64,000 nucleotides of DNA from Tubiluchus corallicola (lineage: Eukaryota > Animalia > Priapulida), in NCBI GenBank assembly GCA_030141605.1, contig JAQGDQ010000018.1, positions 372,001 to 436,000 on the forward strand, given 5' to 3'. The position numbers were made by a program, and so were the translations under genes. Positions 13,701 to 25,717 of this stretch are shown piece by piece (position 1 is the stretch's first letter; each line of letters starts with the position of its first letter). The notes beneath the pieces were generated by a model, which ran no database searches, was not told the origin of the DNA, and saw only the letters and a list, made by a program, of their open reading frames with translations.

Positions 13701-16700
13701 AAGGAATAATAGTTATGCAACATGCAGGTGCAACAAGCTTTCTATTAAAGAGTTCTTACCACTTCAACCAACAGTATTCTCTTGGTTAGGCGGTCTATAA
13801 AGCAATCGGGTACACAAATAAGCTACCTCAGTGGTTTTATAAAACTGAGATGAAAATTAAATTCACTTAGAAAAGCCGCAGTAAAAAGAATTCAAAGTAC
13901 ACATAGGGCCGTGAGCTAGGTACTATGCTGACTTGCTGTTTTAGTCGCCAGTACAACCAGTTTAATTCATGCCTCAAGCAGGAGACATACAGTAAGCTGA
14001 AATAAAACTACATGTATCATTAAATCTTAGTGAAACATTGACTGTCTGAGGAAAAAACGAAGCAATAAAAGTCGTAAGTAGTTTTCAGGAAGACTATAAA
14101 TTTGTCAATGCTGAATCTCCTACTGATTCCTACATATTATAAAACAGTTGTTAAAATGAAACAAAAGCTAATTTGTCCCGCTCGCATGAATGCAAAATGC
14201 GAATGCCAATACTCAGACACTGACCGATCATTCCATTTAAGAAAAACCATGACTAATTTTGCAACTTCTCTTATTGGCCTATCATTATTTTTTTGGTTCC
14301 GTATAAATATAAAAATTATAGGAAAATGTTCACATTGTTGCGATTATGCTTTGTTTTGTAAATGTTGTTGATTCTGACATGGTAACCAAATAGGTGCTAT
14401 AGAGACAAATTATAAGCATTTTACTGCTTAATTTCTTCTATGTGCGTTTCATGACTTTTATCGTTATTGACATTCATAATAACTGAGCAAAACTGTGGAA
14501 TTACCGAGTACGCACGTGCATTACGATAATTAATCTATTTGCGTAGTGGAGGTAGCATCATATTGGCGAATGCCTTTATGTAACAAAGAAAGAGAAGCAT
14601 TAACCGGCAATCGGCATCGTTATCAAACGACTTTTATCCACCAGGTTTTATCATATAGAAATGTAAATTACAAAACCGTTAACTGTGAAAATATAACGAT
14701 CTCGTTAATACAACAACATATAATGCATCTATTGCTGTTCAATGTTCATTTTTATGACAAATTGAATTTCCGAGATGGAAAAAAATTTCGCATAAATTGG
14801 GGGGGGGAAGGCAGTTGCAGACGTCCACTAGTTTGGAGAGATATCTCTGACAATTAAAGCTGTCAGAATCCGTGATCAACTCTCTTTTGTGGCCAACGCT
14901 CTTGTTATCATTTTTTCTACCCATTTATAGCCTATTACTCGGCCATATCCCATTTTCTATATGTCGCTAAACTAATGAGCTGCACACAAAAGCCTTAACA
15001 AATTAAGTGAGCTGAAATAATACTTGTCTTTGGTTAAAACAATAAACGAAATAAAGGAGTCTGCTCGGGTGAGTCAAAGCAATGCAGACATGGTGTTTTA
15101 ACAAGCTGCAATTACAGCGTCTACGTTATTGCTAACTGCTGTTTATTGATTGTAAAGCTTGACACCAAGTAAAACAGGCTTCCCGAAAATAAACCATTAT
15201 ATAAAAATGCTTATTTGCAAAGCTGAATAGGTGTTGCGCTAATTGCAATATTTTGTTTTATTTTTTGCTGTTTTCAGCTCCACATTTCTAACGAGCAGTT
15301 TCAATGCTCACTAGTACATCTATATAGACATGTTTGGAAGACTAGAATCCTGCTGAAGTTCAAGCAGTCCTAAACCGGACTTAGCTACCCATGATTCTAC
15401 AACTTCGTGTGTTTTAGTTTTGATGACTAAATTTTCGCAAACGCATACAGCCACTCTCTTGTTAACATAACTCCAAAATTGCTGGCAAGCAGTAGCAATA
15501 AATAATAGTTTTCTGAGCACGGTAGGCCACAGCCGACATTTAATTTACAAAGTTTCGATAACTAACAGCAAATATGGTATAGTAGCAGAACTTAGTTAAA
15601 CGCCTCAGTGTTAGCTAAACAAAGTTTAATTTTCTACAAGCTTTGCGTTTAATAAACATAATATCTCATAAACACAATTTAAATTACCACGAAAAGTGTT
15701 ATACGACTAAGCGCAAATTTTAAATAATCAACTATTTAAAACTCTCACATAAAGGCATGAAGCTCTATTCAATTATAAACGCTTGAGGCTGGAGTGAGTC
15801 AAAATATAATTTAGCCGTGAAACACACAATGGAATCAAAAGCAACTGCCTATAATAGGTGGAGTGCGATAAATACGGAATGAGGAAATGTATGATGCATA
15901 GGTTATACCGGTTACCTGTAGTGCTTTAGGCAGCACAGAATCTTTGAAGCATTGTTAGAATATACACGCAAATATACATGCACACTAAGCCGAACTGACT
16001 GTAAGGCATTACTTCTTTTTCGCCTAAATCTAAAAACATTATAGCGATTTTTCAAGTTTCAAAATAAAAGTTGACTTTTAATTTTCAAAAATTGTTTTTG
16101 ATTCACACAAATTTACATAATTGTAATCACGATTCAAGATTTTATTTCTAATAAGAAAAGAATATTAATTTCTTTAAAAAAAATATTGTTCGACTTACTC
16201 AAACGTTTTTAAAAACCACTTTTTCTTGTTACCAGTGTGTGGTCTTCTTATATCGCACGATCATAATTAGGTCTATTTTAGGAAAATTTTTAGGAAAGTA
16301 TTAAACTGTATCGATAAACAATAACATGCTGACATGCGTACATATGAATTTTAACAACGAAATTAGCATACAAATGTAAGACACAGTTTAACATGCTTTA
16401 TAATTAAAAAAAACATTAACCAAAGGCTAGTTATAAAACTTACTTTTTGCTTTTTTGTCTTCTTTGATACAAATTTGAACATTTCTTCTTTTTGTTTCAC
16501 GTAATATTCTTTCTTTGCCAAAGGAAAACTTTTTATCTTTCTACTTTGTTTTAGTTTTCTTTATGCGACAGTGAATTGTGAAAAGCGAAACGTTTACCAA
16601 CTGTATGTGGAACAGGAACTACCATCACAGTACAATAAAGTTGGCAAATAAGAGAACTTTTGCAAACTTGAGCGCGAAAAAAACGGTATAAAACTTCTTT

Positions 16701-19700
16701 CGTCACTCCGACTCAACCATTTCAAAAAAGAATTATCAGTTCACGCCGATTTAGTTCACTTTGAAACACTCGCGTTCGTTTAAATTTTAATTAACGATTT
16801 TTAGATGAATTATGATTGATGGTTTCTGACTTGACTGGCAGAGCTCCTACAGACAACAGACTATTCTGGCACGAGATCTCTTTGCAATAAGGCCACTTCA
16901 TGAAACGAAGTTAGCACATGAGGTGGTTTCGCTCGGCCTTTCAAAAGTAAGTAGGATAGGAATAGCAACGGAGCAGCAGGGGTAGATCTCCTGGCTTGCT
17001 CCCACATAGGAACCATTTCAAATTAGCAACCGCGTTGAAGATATTTCAAAAACTTGCAGCTGATTTGCCGTTGATATCATTCGACGAAGCAGCACAGGGT
17101 TCACTAAACCACTCTAAATATTTTTTCTGTATAGGTGCGATGCCCGAGACCTGGATCCGCCATTCACCAGTAGCACAAACAAAAACTGGCATATGAAGCC
17201 CTCTTCATGATATGTACATACTAATTAGAAAGTTTGCAAAACAAAAACTTCAGACAGGGATCTCGATGGTAACTAGACGCACAAGATGTAATTAGCGATC
17301 AAGTCAAAGCTAAAATGGATGAAGACATACTCGTGTAGAATAAGACATACTCCGATAGAATGAGACCACTTTACAATTAACAACGTCTCTCGTAAGTTAG
17401 AGATGCCATGCAAATTTGACGAGAAAATAGACTTAGCTTTCCAAGAAGTGTTAGTGCTTACCAAAATGTTAATAAGTTCCATTGGCCAGAATTTTCTCAA
17501 GGATGCGAGCTGATTGACAGCTTGCCACAGATGCGCCACCGATGAACAAGACCTTAGAGACTTTTATGTCGATAGCTATCCAAATTGGAAACTTGCGAAG
17601 CTTCATTTTATTTAATTGCAAAACAGAGAAAGGAGAATCTAATCAGAAGTCGTAGGTTACACATTAAGAAGACTTCGCTCGAAAGATAAATTAAATGGCT
17701 ATCAGATGACGCTGTGCATGGAAAGGTTATTCAAAAAAAGCCTTTTAAATAAGAACCTAGCATTGGGGACACAACGAAGTAATATTTCGCGCTACACTTT
17801 CTCTAGTCTCGACCTTCCCATGTCGAAACGACTTGTATTCAACACTATTTTTAGATTAAAACATTGAAAATTCTGGAACTTCCATATATTTCAGATTTTT
17901 ACTTCACATGATAACATTCTACTGCAGAAACAGAAGTGACTGTTATTCTTCGGATTTCTTCACTTTGGTGTCTCTTTCGCGTTTTTGTCAGCATTTTCAC
18001 AAACACTTATAATTTCGACTTATTGTTGACGCTAGTTAATGACATCATGCATAGCGATTTCTGAGGTACCCCGTGTTATAACTCACCTCGCTATAGACAT
18101 GAATTTTCTATAAGGAAATTAACATGCGAACCAGCAAACCGCAGGCCATAAATAATTTTATAATGGAAACTCTGCAAAGAGCAATTAGTGTAGCAATTTA
18201 TATAAGCCAGAAATAGTGGCAATTTTTTTACTAAATATATATCTCAAACGCAAATTTAATGAGCATGCGCCTAAATGTTACCTTAATTTATTGCAAAATT
18301 GTCGTTTAACAGCTGTGCACGTCTTTGTGTATTATCAACATTAATTAAAACTCAAAATCCTCTTCCGACAGTGTGATCTTTAGTCAACATCAGGCTTTAG
18401 GTTGTCCGCTGTTATTGACTATAATCATAATCTCGCCTTTTCAATGAAATATTACCAAGTACCACACATTAACAGGCTGTTTCTCGTTATAACTTTTGAT
18501 TTCCCACCTCAGTGCTGTTTAGCAGCATTCTATAATCAATATAACAAAAAAAAACAATCTTCGGAAACTAAATCAAGAGAACTAGTAAGTGCCGGTCAGG
18601 TGTGCAAACCACCGTATTTCTAAAATTTGATCCAATTATCGAGTTTTAATCGCTATTCATGTCATCAGAAGCTTTCAAAGTCTACATTCGTAATGAGCGT
18701 CCACAAAAGAAATAAATCAATAAAATGCACTTACCTTAAAAAACTAAAGGATATTCCAGTTACATGCTAATTCCATAATTTAAGAAAACAGATCTCAGTA
18801 TAACTGGATGTCATTTTATTGACTGTCACTAATGATTTGCCCTGTGTAAGTAAAGAAATACGATTACAGATTACGCTTTTATTAACAATTTGAAAACTGA
18901 TATTTAAAGTATATGCAAAGTAAAATTCACAAGTATTGTAAAATGCAAAATTTGTCTTCATCAAGAGGAAATATACGAAATATATAAGTGAGTCACCCAC
19001 AAGTGAGTACCGATTGAATTTTGTGCCTAATTATAAGCACTGTGCTAACATCGGCCACTAAAGCGTGCGTATGTACGCTATCTTCATTGACAAATTTAAT
19101 AGACGTCCTGCCACTGTTTCTCATATTAACCATACCTAGTTAAACACTCGATTAACTAAAATGATTTAATTACTGTTACTGTTATTTAAAGTGATTTCTG
19201 CAAACAATACACGTCGAAAAGGTATGTTATATCGGTTCACCCAAAATAGATAAAAAGTGTTCATAATGTCGAATAGGCCAAGTCTGTAATTATCGTGACA
19301 AGCTAACATTACCATAAACTTGTTGAACAATAACGCTTCAAAAGAAACATTAAGTTCCCATCTCCACTTTATAGCGCGAAAAACGTTCCACCATACCACA
19401 ACATTACACAAATATCGAGAAATATGCGTTCGAAATAAGCATTCAGTCCGTATGCACAGTTTTGTACAAAGAAACAGTCTTGAACTGGCCAGGTGTAAAG
19501 AATGCGAGACTAGTCAGACCAAGTCGAGTATGACTTGCCATAGGGCAAAAATAGAAATCTGGTCTGAGCTGAACTGAGTGAATAAAACTCAGTGCTTACA
19601 ACTGTTTAGCTACATAGTTACAGTAGTTTTAAAATTCGTTAGAAATTTACTTGGGATGAACGTTCAATTAACCATATTGTTGATAGGCTGTTTTTTCTCA

Positions 19701-21837
19701 ATATAAAAGCGATTTATAACAACCCGATTTTTTAGGCTCCATTTAATAGGCTTTAATTGTAACTAAAAAAAAGAGTTGCTACTTTCCGCTTCCTGGTGTT
19801 AATGGCTTTACGTGGCTTGAAGACTTTGTCTGCTAAAATAGTAGCAATATAGTCATTGCAACGTGCAAATTTTATATTCGTAAAAAGGAAACCTAATAGA
19901 TATATTACTCAACACATGATCATATTAATGATGTTTACACTTTCCTTTTAACATAGTACATGTAACTAAGCTGTTAACACGTTACAACAAAATTTTTCGT
20001 TAAAGGACAAGAAAAGGGCTACCCGAAGTAGGTTTCAGAAAAATCACCTTAAAAAATTATATAACTTCATAGCAATTTTACGCATATATCGTACTCGCAA
20101 TGAAAGGAATTTTCGTTTGTCTTCATCTTAAATCTCCCGCAATACTGTTCCGAAATCACCATACATGACGTCACTACGCAAACGTAAATTATGTTCCATG
20201 CAAATCTATATTACCTAACTTTTCGCTTACCCGCTGGAAAGACTTATGTAACTAGAAAAGAAAATTATTAATTATTTAAAATGTTTTAACCAATTGGTAA
20301 AATGTCGCTGACTCACTCTCCAAGGTGTACCACTCACTAACCAAAAAAACACATTTTTAATCTTATTGACAAGATACAGTAATTTAAAATTTCCTCAATT
20401 AATGACATGTGTGCTACGAATGCTCTGATTATTTTTTCAAACTTTACACAATATTTTTTCAAATTTTATCTAAACTTGTTTCAAATGACAGTCGTCAAAA
20501 TGGCTGCGTTTAACAGTCATCGAGGGAGTTAAAATTTGCATGTTTTATACAACGTTTACTGCCGATTGAAGTTCTCTATGTAAAAAAGGCAGTATATAGG
20601 TGATATAAAATTTCAAGACGAATTTTTTAAGGTTTATGTATATGGAGGGTTTTCTTGTGTTTTAACATTAGTTTGTGAACCGTTGATAAAAACGAAGCCC
20701 AGTATGAAATTGGTTTATCGCTTAATCATGATAACATTAATTTTCATTCATTAGCATTCATTAAAATGAATTATTATTTTTAAAACACAAAACTCTCGCT
20801 TTTCCACGCAGTTAAGTAATCCTTACACATTACAAAGTGAACAGAACTGAAGTTTATTCAAACACATGAGTCATGACGGTTAAATTCGTCTATTCAATAA
20901 AAATTTCAATTGTTTTGAAATATTGATTTTTCAACGTTTCTCAGCTCCAATGGCTAAATGGTTTGACAGGCAATCAAAGAACTGGTTTTGAATGACATGC
21001 AAATTTTAATTGTAGTTTTATTCAGTAATGGAAACTTTTGGACTGCGTGGGATTAAATCAAAACTATATATCAGGGCTTTACGTACTCTCACAGCTATAT
21101 ATATCAGGGCTTTGCGTCTTAAAAATCAATAGTATACACTTTACATTTTCTATATTTTTAGCAAACAAAGAAAAATGTTTGAAAATTGGTCCAGATAAAT
21201 TAAAGCTGTGGGCAATTCTTTTAATCAAATTAGACGAAAACCTGAAGCGAACTACTGCACTACTGCTTTGCTATTTTTGCTACGTTCTTCGGAGCCCCCA
21301 AGAGCTTTAGAGATACAATGGAAAGTTGGGCAAATTGCAATGAGAACGTCTTTTACAGTCTATGAATGGTAAAGAAGGACTGTATGTTGTTAAAAAACCA
21401 TATTGTCAATTAGAATAGTGTGGTCCAAATTGTGCTTTGACTTCCCGCTAAACATTAGTTGCGATCGAAGGACCTCATCTCATGTTCTCGAAATAGTAAC
21501 GGTGTTTCAGCCAAAAAATAATTAAAAGGAATTGACAATAGGACCCAATTTATGTAATAATTTGCTGATACTTGATAGAAAAATGAAATCGTAGTGTATA
21601 GGAACTTTTGAGATAGACTATATTTCTATAACATCGTATTGTCTATCAATCAGTAACAACTACAAGGCGCAAAACCCAAGTGCGCTGCGTGTTTGGGGAA
21701 GGGGCACAAAAATAAACTCGGTTGGTTGTAGTTGAGCAGCTATAAAAATCAAGTGAAACGCAAGGGGACGAGTACTCCACTTCGCTCGCTCTCAGCTCCT
21801 TTGAGGGTCCACCTACCACCACCTGACAAGCACGTAT

Positions 21838-21971
21838 GAATCCAGGCAAAAAAGTCACAGATTAAGTCATAGGAAAAAACGAAATAATCATAACCCTAAA
21901 TTAACCTTAACCGTAACCCTAACCCCAACCCTAGCTAAAATTAATAGTGACTTTTTACTGTGTTTGGTTCC
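21838..21971. mobile_element. Degenerate MITE-like element with TAACCC core
   Basis: AAAAAGTCAC (21849-21858) / GTGACTTTTT (21947-21956) inverted pair around imperfect TAACCC repeats. Confidence 0.45.
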
Positions 21972-23005
21972 AATTACTTCTGTACTGCACATAAACACAG
22001 TACATTTTAAGGTTCTGTCGTGAAAGTTTGCTGCTAATTAATATAATTTTAATTTTTATCTCGTTTTGGTGTAGTTGACTGACAATTTGTTCGCTTTCAT
22101 CCAGTTAACAGTCTTTTAAGCTATATTAGTACGATGTTCTACATATGTATCAGAGTAAGTTAGGAAAAAGCTAGCCATCTGCAAAAAGCATGTGTTTTGA
22201 GATCAACAATGAAAGTTAGATCATTAATATAGATAAGAAAAAGCGGCGGTCTTGTGCTGCACCACTGTATATTAGTCTGTATATTCTGTCTATATAGATA
22301 CACGCTTTCCGTTTAATTGGCTATTTGTACTAGGTCGTTCTAGCGCAGAACATCTTTTCAAGTTGGTGCAAAAATTGAGTAGCTGCAAATAATCAAAATT
22401 AATGACGCTATCGCTTTATATTGGGATTTACGTGCTAAACACTCATGTATATACTTTGTAGATTTTAACCTAGTTATCTGTATGCATGTTGTTTTTATAT
22501 AATTTTCTAAGTTGCTTTTATTTATTTTTGCGTACAGTATGTAGAACTAGTTTCGTTACATACATGTATTTCACTGAGTAAAAGTGTAATACTGAGGTAT
22601 TCTACTGTAATCAGAGTCATAATAAAAAGATTTATTAACATCACTCTTGTAACTTATATGAATGACATCGCCTGCATGGGCAGTCAAAGAGATGAGCTGC
22701 CGTTGTGCACTCTATCTCAGTCCACAATTCCACTCATTAAAAAGCTTGTTTCACTTGGCTATAGTAGTGCTTAAAACATTTTTCTTAGACACCTTCTATT
22801 GAACAATCTGAAAACACCAAGGAATGAAGTTTTGCTGTGTTAGTATTGATGACAGGCTACAATGTGGATGTAGCTAATAGCTCTGGGCCAGGGTGTTACA
22901 AGGACAGTCTTATAGGTGGGATATTCACAGCATGGTGACTGCACCGGCCGTCTCTTTATACAAAGTTAATATTGTTTGTAAGGATTTAGCTTTGTGAACA
23001 CACAG

Positions 23006-23090
23006 CAGTACAAATCTGTAAAATCTATAAAGCATTTACGGGAGTGAAACTCCAGTACAAATCTGTGAAGCATTTACGAGAGTGAAACTC
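23006..23090. repeat. Short tandem duplication (~40 bp x2)
   Basis: CAGTACAAATCTGT...AAGCATTTACG.GAGTGAAACTC twice. Confidence 0.8.
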
Positions 23091-23429
23091 GTTAGTAAAC
23101 CCGGCATGTTAGGAACTTACTGTACAGTCATAGCTGAAGGCTCTTTATAAAGGCGTAGGCTATTCGGTCTGCGACGTAGAAGCATTTGGGCTCAGTTCTC
23201 AAAATAATTCCCGTGATAACCACAAAGTAAAGTGGTTAAAGATAATTTTTGCTTGTAACGTACGTTTTCAAGTTTTATCAAAAAGTGTAATACTGTATTA
23301 CAGCAAGGCTGCACGACGAGACGCAACGGCATACTGTATATAATGTTATCGCCTTGTGTCCACATTTTGTGTCATACTTTCCGAATTCCGCATACAGATA
23401 ATTATTACAAATTATGAAAAAAACTTTTC

Positions 23430-25567
23430 CTGAAAATAACAAGTTTGTTTATTGTACACAAACGTGACAACATTGTTACGTACATGTACATAAAAGTAAC
23501 GTTCTTAATGTACACAGTCGATGATTATGACTATGTTATCCTACTGTCAACTATAGAGATTTTAACAAAAGCTCTTAAGACCACAGTTCATAAAAAAACT
23601 TCACAACACGTTAAAAACACTAACCCATGAGATGTCGTTGCTAATCTGTCGAAAGTAATTCAGAAAACACATTTACTAGCAACTTTTGATTAAATCTGAC
23701 TAAGATAAACAACATAATTGTCACAATAAAATAATTAACAATTGCTTACTTCATTACACAGACAAAAAGTATAAGAATAGGTGACTGATTTTTGTGCATA
23801 TCATGAACAGTGTTAGCCTATATTTGTGAATTTTCTGGAAAACTATACGAACATTCCTATAAAACAAAAAAAACATTTATGACCGCTGTGACGAAATATG
23901 AAAATTTGCGTAATGTAAAGAAATCCTCAATGACTAAATGCAAAAAAATTAATATACAAACAGTCCAAGTCATAAAACTGTTAATTTGGAACACAAACTT
24001 ACAATTCGAGCATCTCGAAACAAAAATAAAAGCAACATTACCCTACACAATTGACGTATGTACACAAAGCTGAAAGATATATGTATAACATGCTTCCTTT
24101 ATTAGTACAACATGCTTGGTAATTATTATAATCGTGAAAATGTTACAGAATCATCAATTTTTAACAAGCGATTCACAGTTAAATATGTGATATGTCTGTA
24201 TAAAACAATAAAACTTATTTCACAACGTGTAAAATATTATGTACACCATGTTTATAAACTACATGCCTTACTCAAAAATATTAAAAGCAGAGAATTGAGA
24301 CTGAATATAATAATCTTCACTGTACAAGGCATTTTGCTTATATACATAGAGAATTTGTTTCTGAATCATAAGTAATGAGTCCAGGCAATGAATAAGGCAA
24401 ACCGAGCTAAGTCACAAGGCATGTAGAAATTTTGGTATAATCCACTATTATTAACTTGAGCATAAAGTAAGTGTTCAAAAGTGCCTAATTTAATTATTAA
24501 CATCGACAGTGCCTTTCTCAACACAAAATCAAGTTGTGGGTGGTAATTACAATCCTAAGTTTACAATGACAAGAAAACAAATATTATATAACAAACTTGA
24601 CTTCATAAATTTATGTAGCCTTACATAATTAATATTAATTACACTTTAATTTTTTCCGTGACAATAAAACTATTAAAATAGAAACTTATCTATACTAATA
24701 AACTTTCCACAAATAAAACAAGACTAATTACTGTTAAAACAAGTTTGCACTGTAGCACGTTCAATAAGTCTTGACAGGAAAAAACAACTGTAGTTATGAT
24801 TTCTTGGAAAAACAGAAGGACTTACCTGCAATATACCGAATAAAGCTAAAAACTATATTTTCAACTCATCAAAAACTGATGTGGTCATAAAAAACTGTGG
24901 CATGGAAGACCATAAAATTTAGAGCAAAACATACACTACTTCCTAGAGTCTTGGTCATTCTTTTATTAAATTTTGCTATCTACTTGTCATTAAGTATTAC
25001 TTCCTAGGCAACAACACTGCCTTCCTAATTTGTGTTAAGTAAATTCCAGTATAATAGGTGACTTATCATACACTATTTATATTAGATAGCTATTTTCCAT
25101 TCACAACCTTTTTTACATAATTATGCGAGTCACATTACATTCATTACAGTCACGTGCTAATCATTTCACATGGTGCCGTTCTTTTAGATAACCCTTGCTA
25201 GTAGGCTCTTGGCGTTTCTTGATGTAGGTGATGTTACCTGCACAAATTTTACCTGTGTTGTAAAAATATGCACACATAACATGGTGTAGTAAATCAGAAT
25301 ACAAATCTAATTTGTGCAAGGCTACATTGTCAAAATCGCTCGTACGTTGTACAAAACTACAATTAATGTACATCACTTGGAAACCAGCACTTTCTCGAAT
25401 TACGCGACCTTGGCGATTTAACACGACACTTCATAGTTAATCAGTGACAACTTTTTTGGTGGTACCAGGGTGATCTGGTAAATTTCTATATACACTCCGT
25501 TTTGTCAGTTATTTTCTAAGTATCCTAGACATTTTCAAAATTAATCACAGCAAGTATAAGCTCTGTG
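23430..25567 (-). other. Probable LRP1 3' UTR (~2.1 kb)
   Basis: U/UG-rich on the minus strand downstream of the stop, ending near an AATAAA; the end is inferred. Confidence 0.5.
23448..23453 (-). terminator. Candidate polyadenylation signal AATAAA
   Basis: Plus-strand TTTATT followed on the minus strand by a U-rich tract; another AATAAA lies at 24098-24103. Confidence 0.45.
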
Positions 25568-25717
25568 TTATGAGTAGGAGACGTCTCCATCCAATCCGCC
25601 TCCATCACCTCCTCCAGATCCTGGGAATAATAAACCTTTTGTCTCCTCGGTGGGTTTCTGTGCCTTGCTTGAATCATTATAAAGGGTCTCATACATCGGA
25701 TTGGAAAAATTTGTTGA
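25568..25717 (-). CDS. LRP1: LRP1 terminal coding exon (distal NPxYxxL, dileucine, stop)
   Basis: [13 protein letters not shown]...EETKGLL...DGDVSYS then TAA at 25568-25570; frame not in ORF track. Confidence 0.92.
   Translation of the reverse strand, partial: STNFSNPMYETLYNDSSKAQKPTEETKGLLFPGSGGGDGGGLDGDVSYS

Noticed and set aside
19140-20532. piggyBac-like element ending GGGAGTTAA
   Set aside because: The left terminus match is too weak to define a TIR pair
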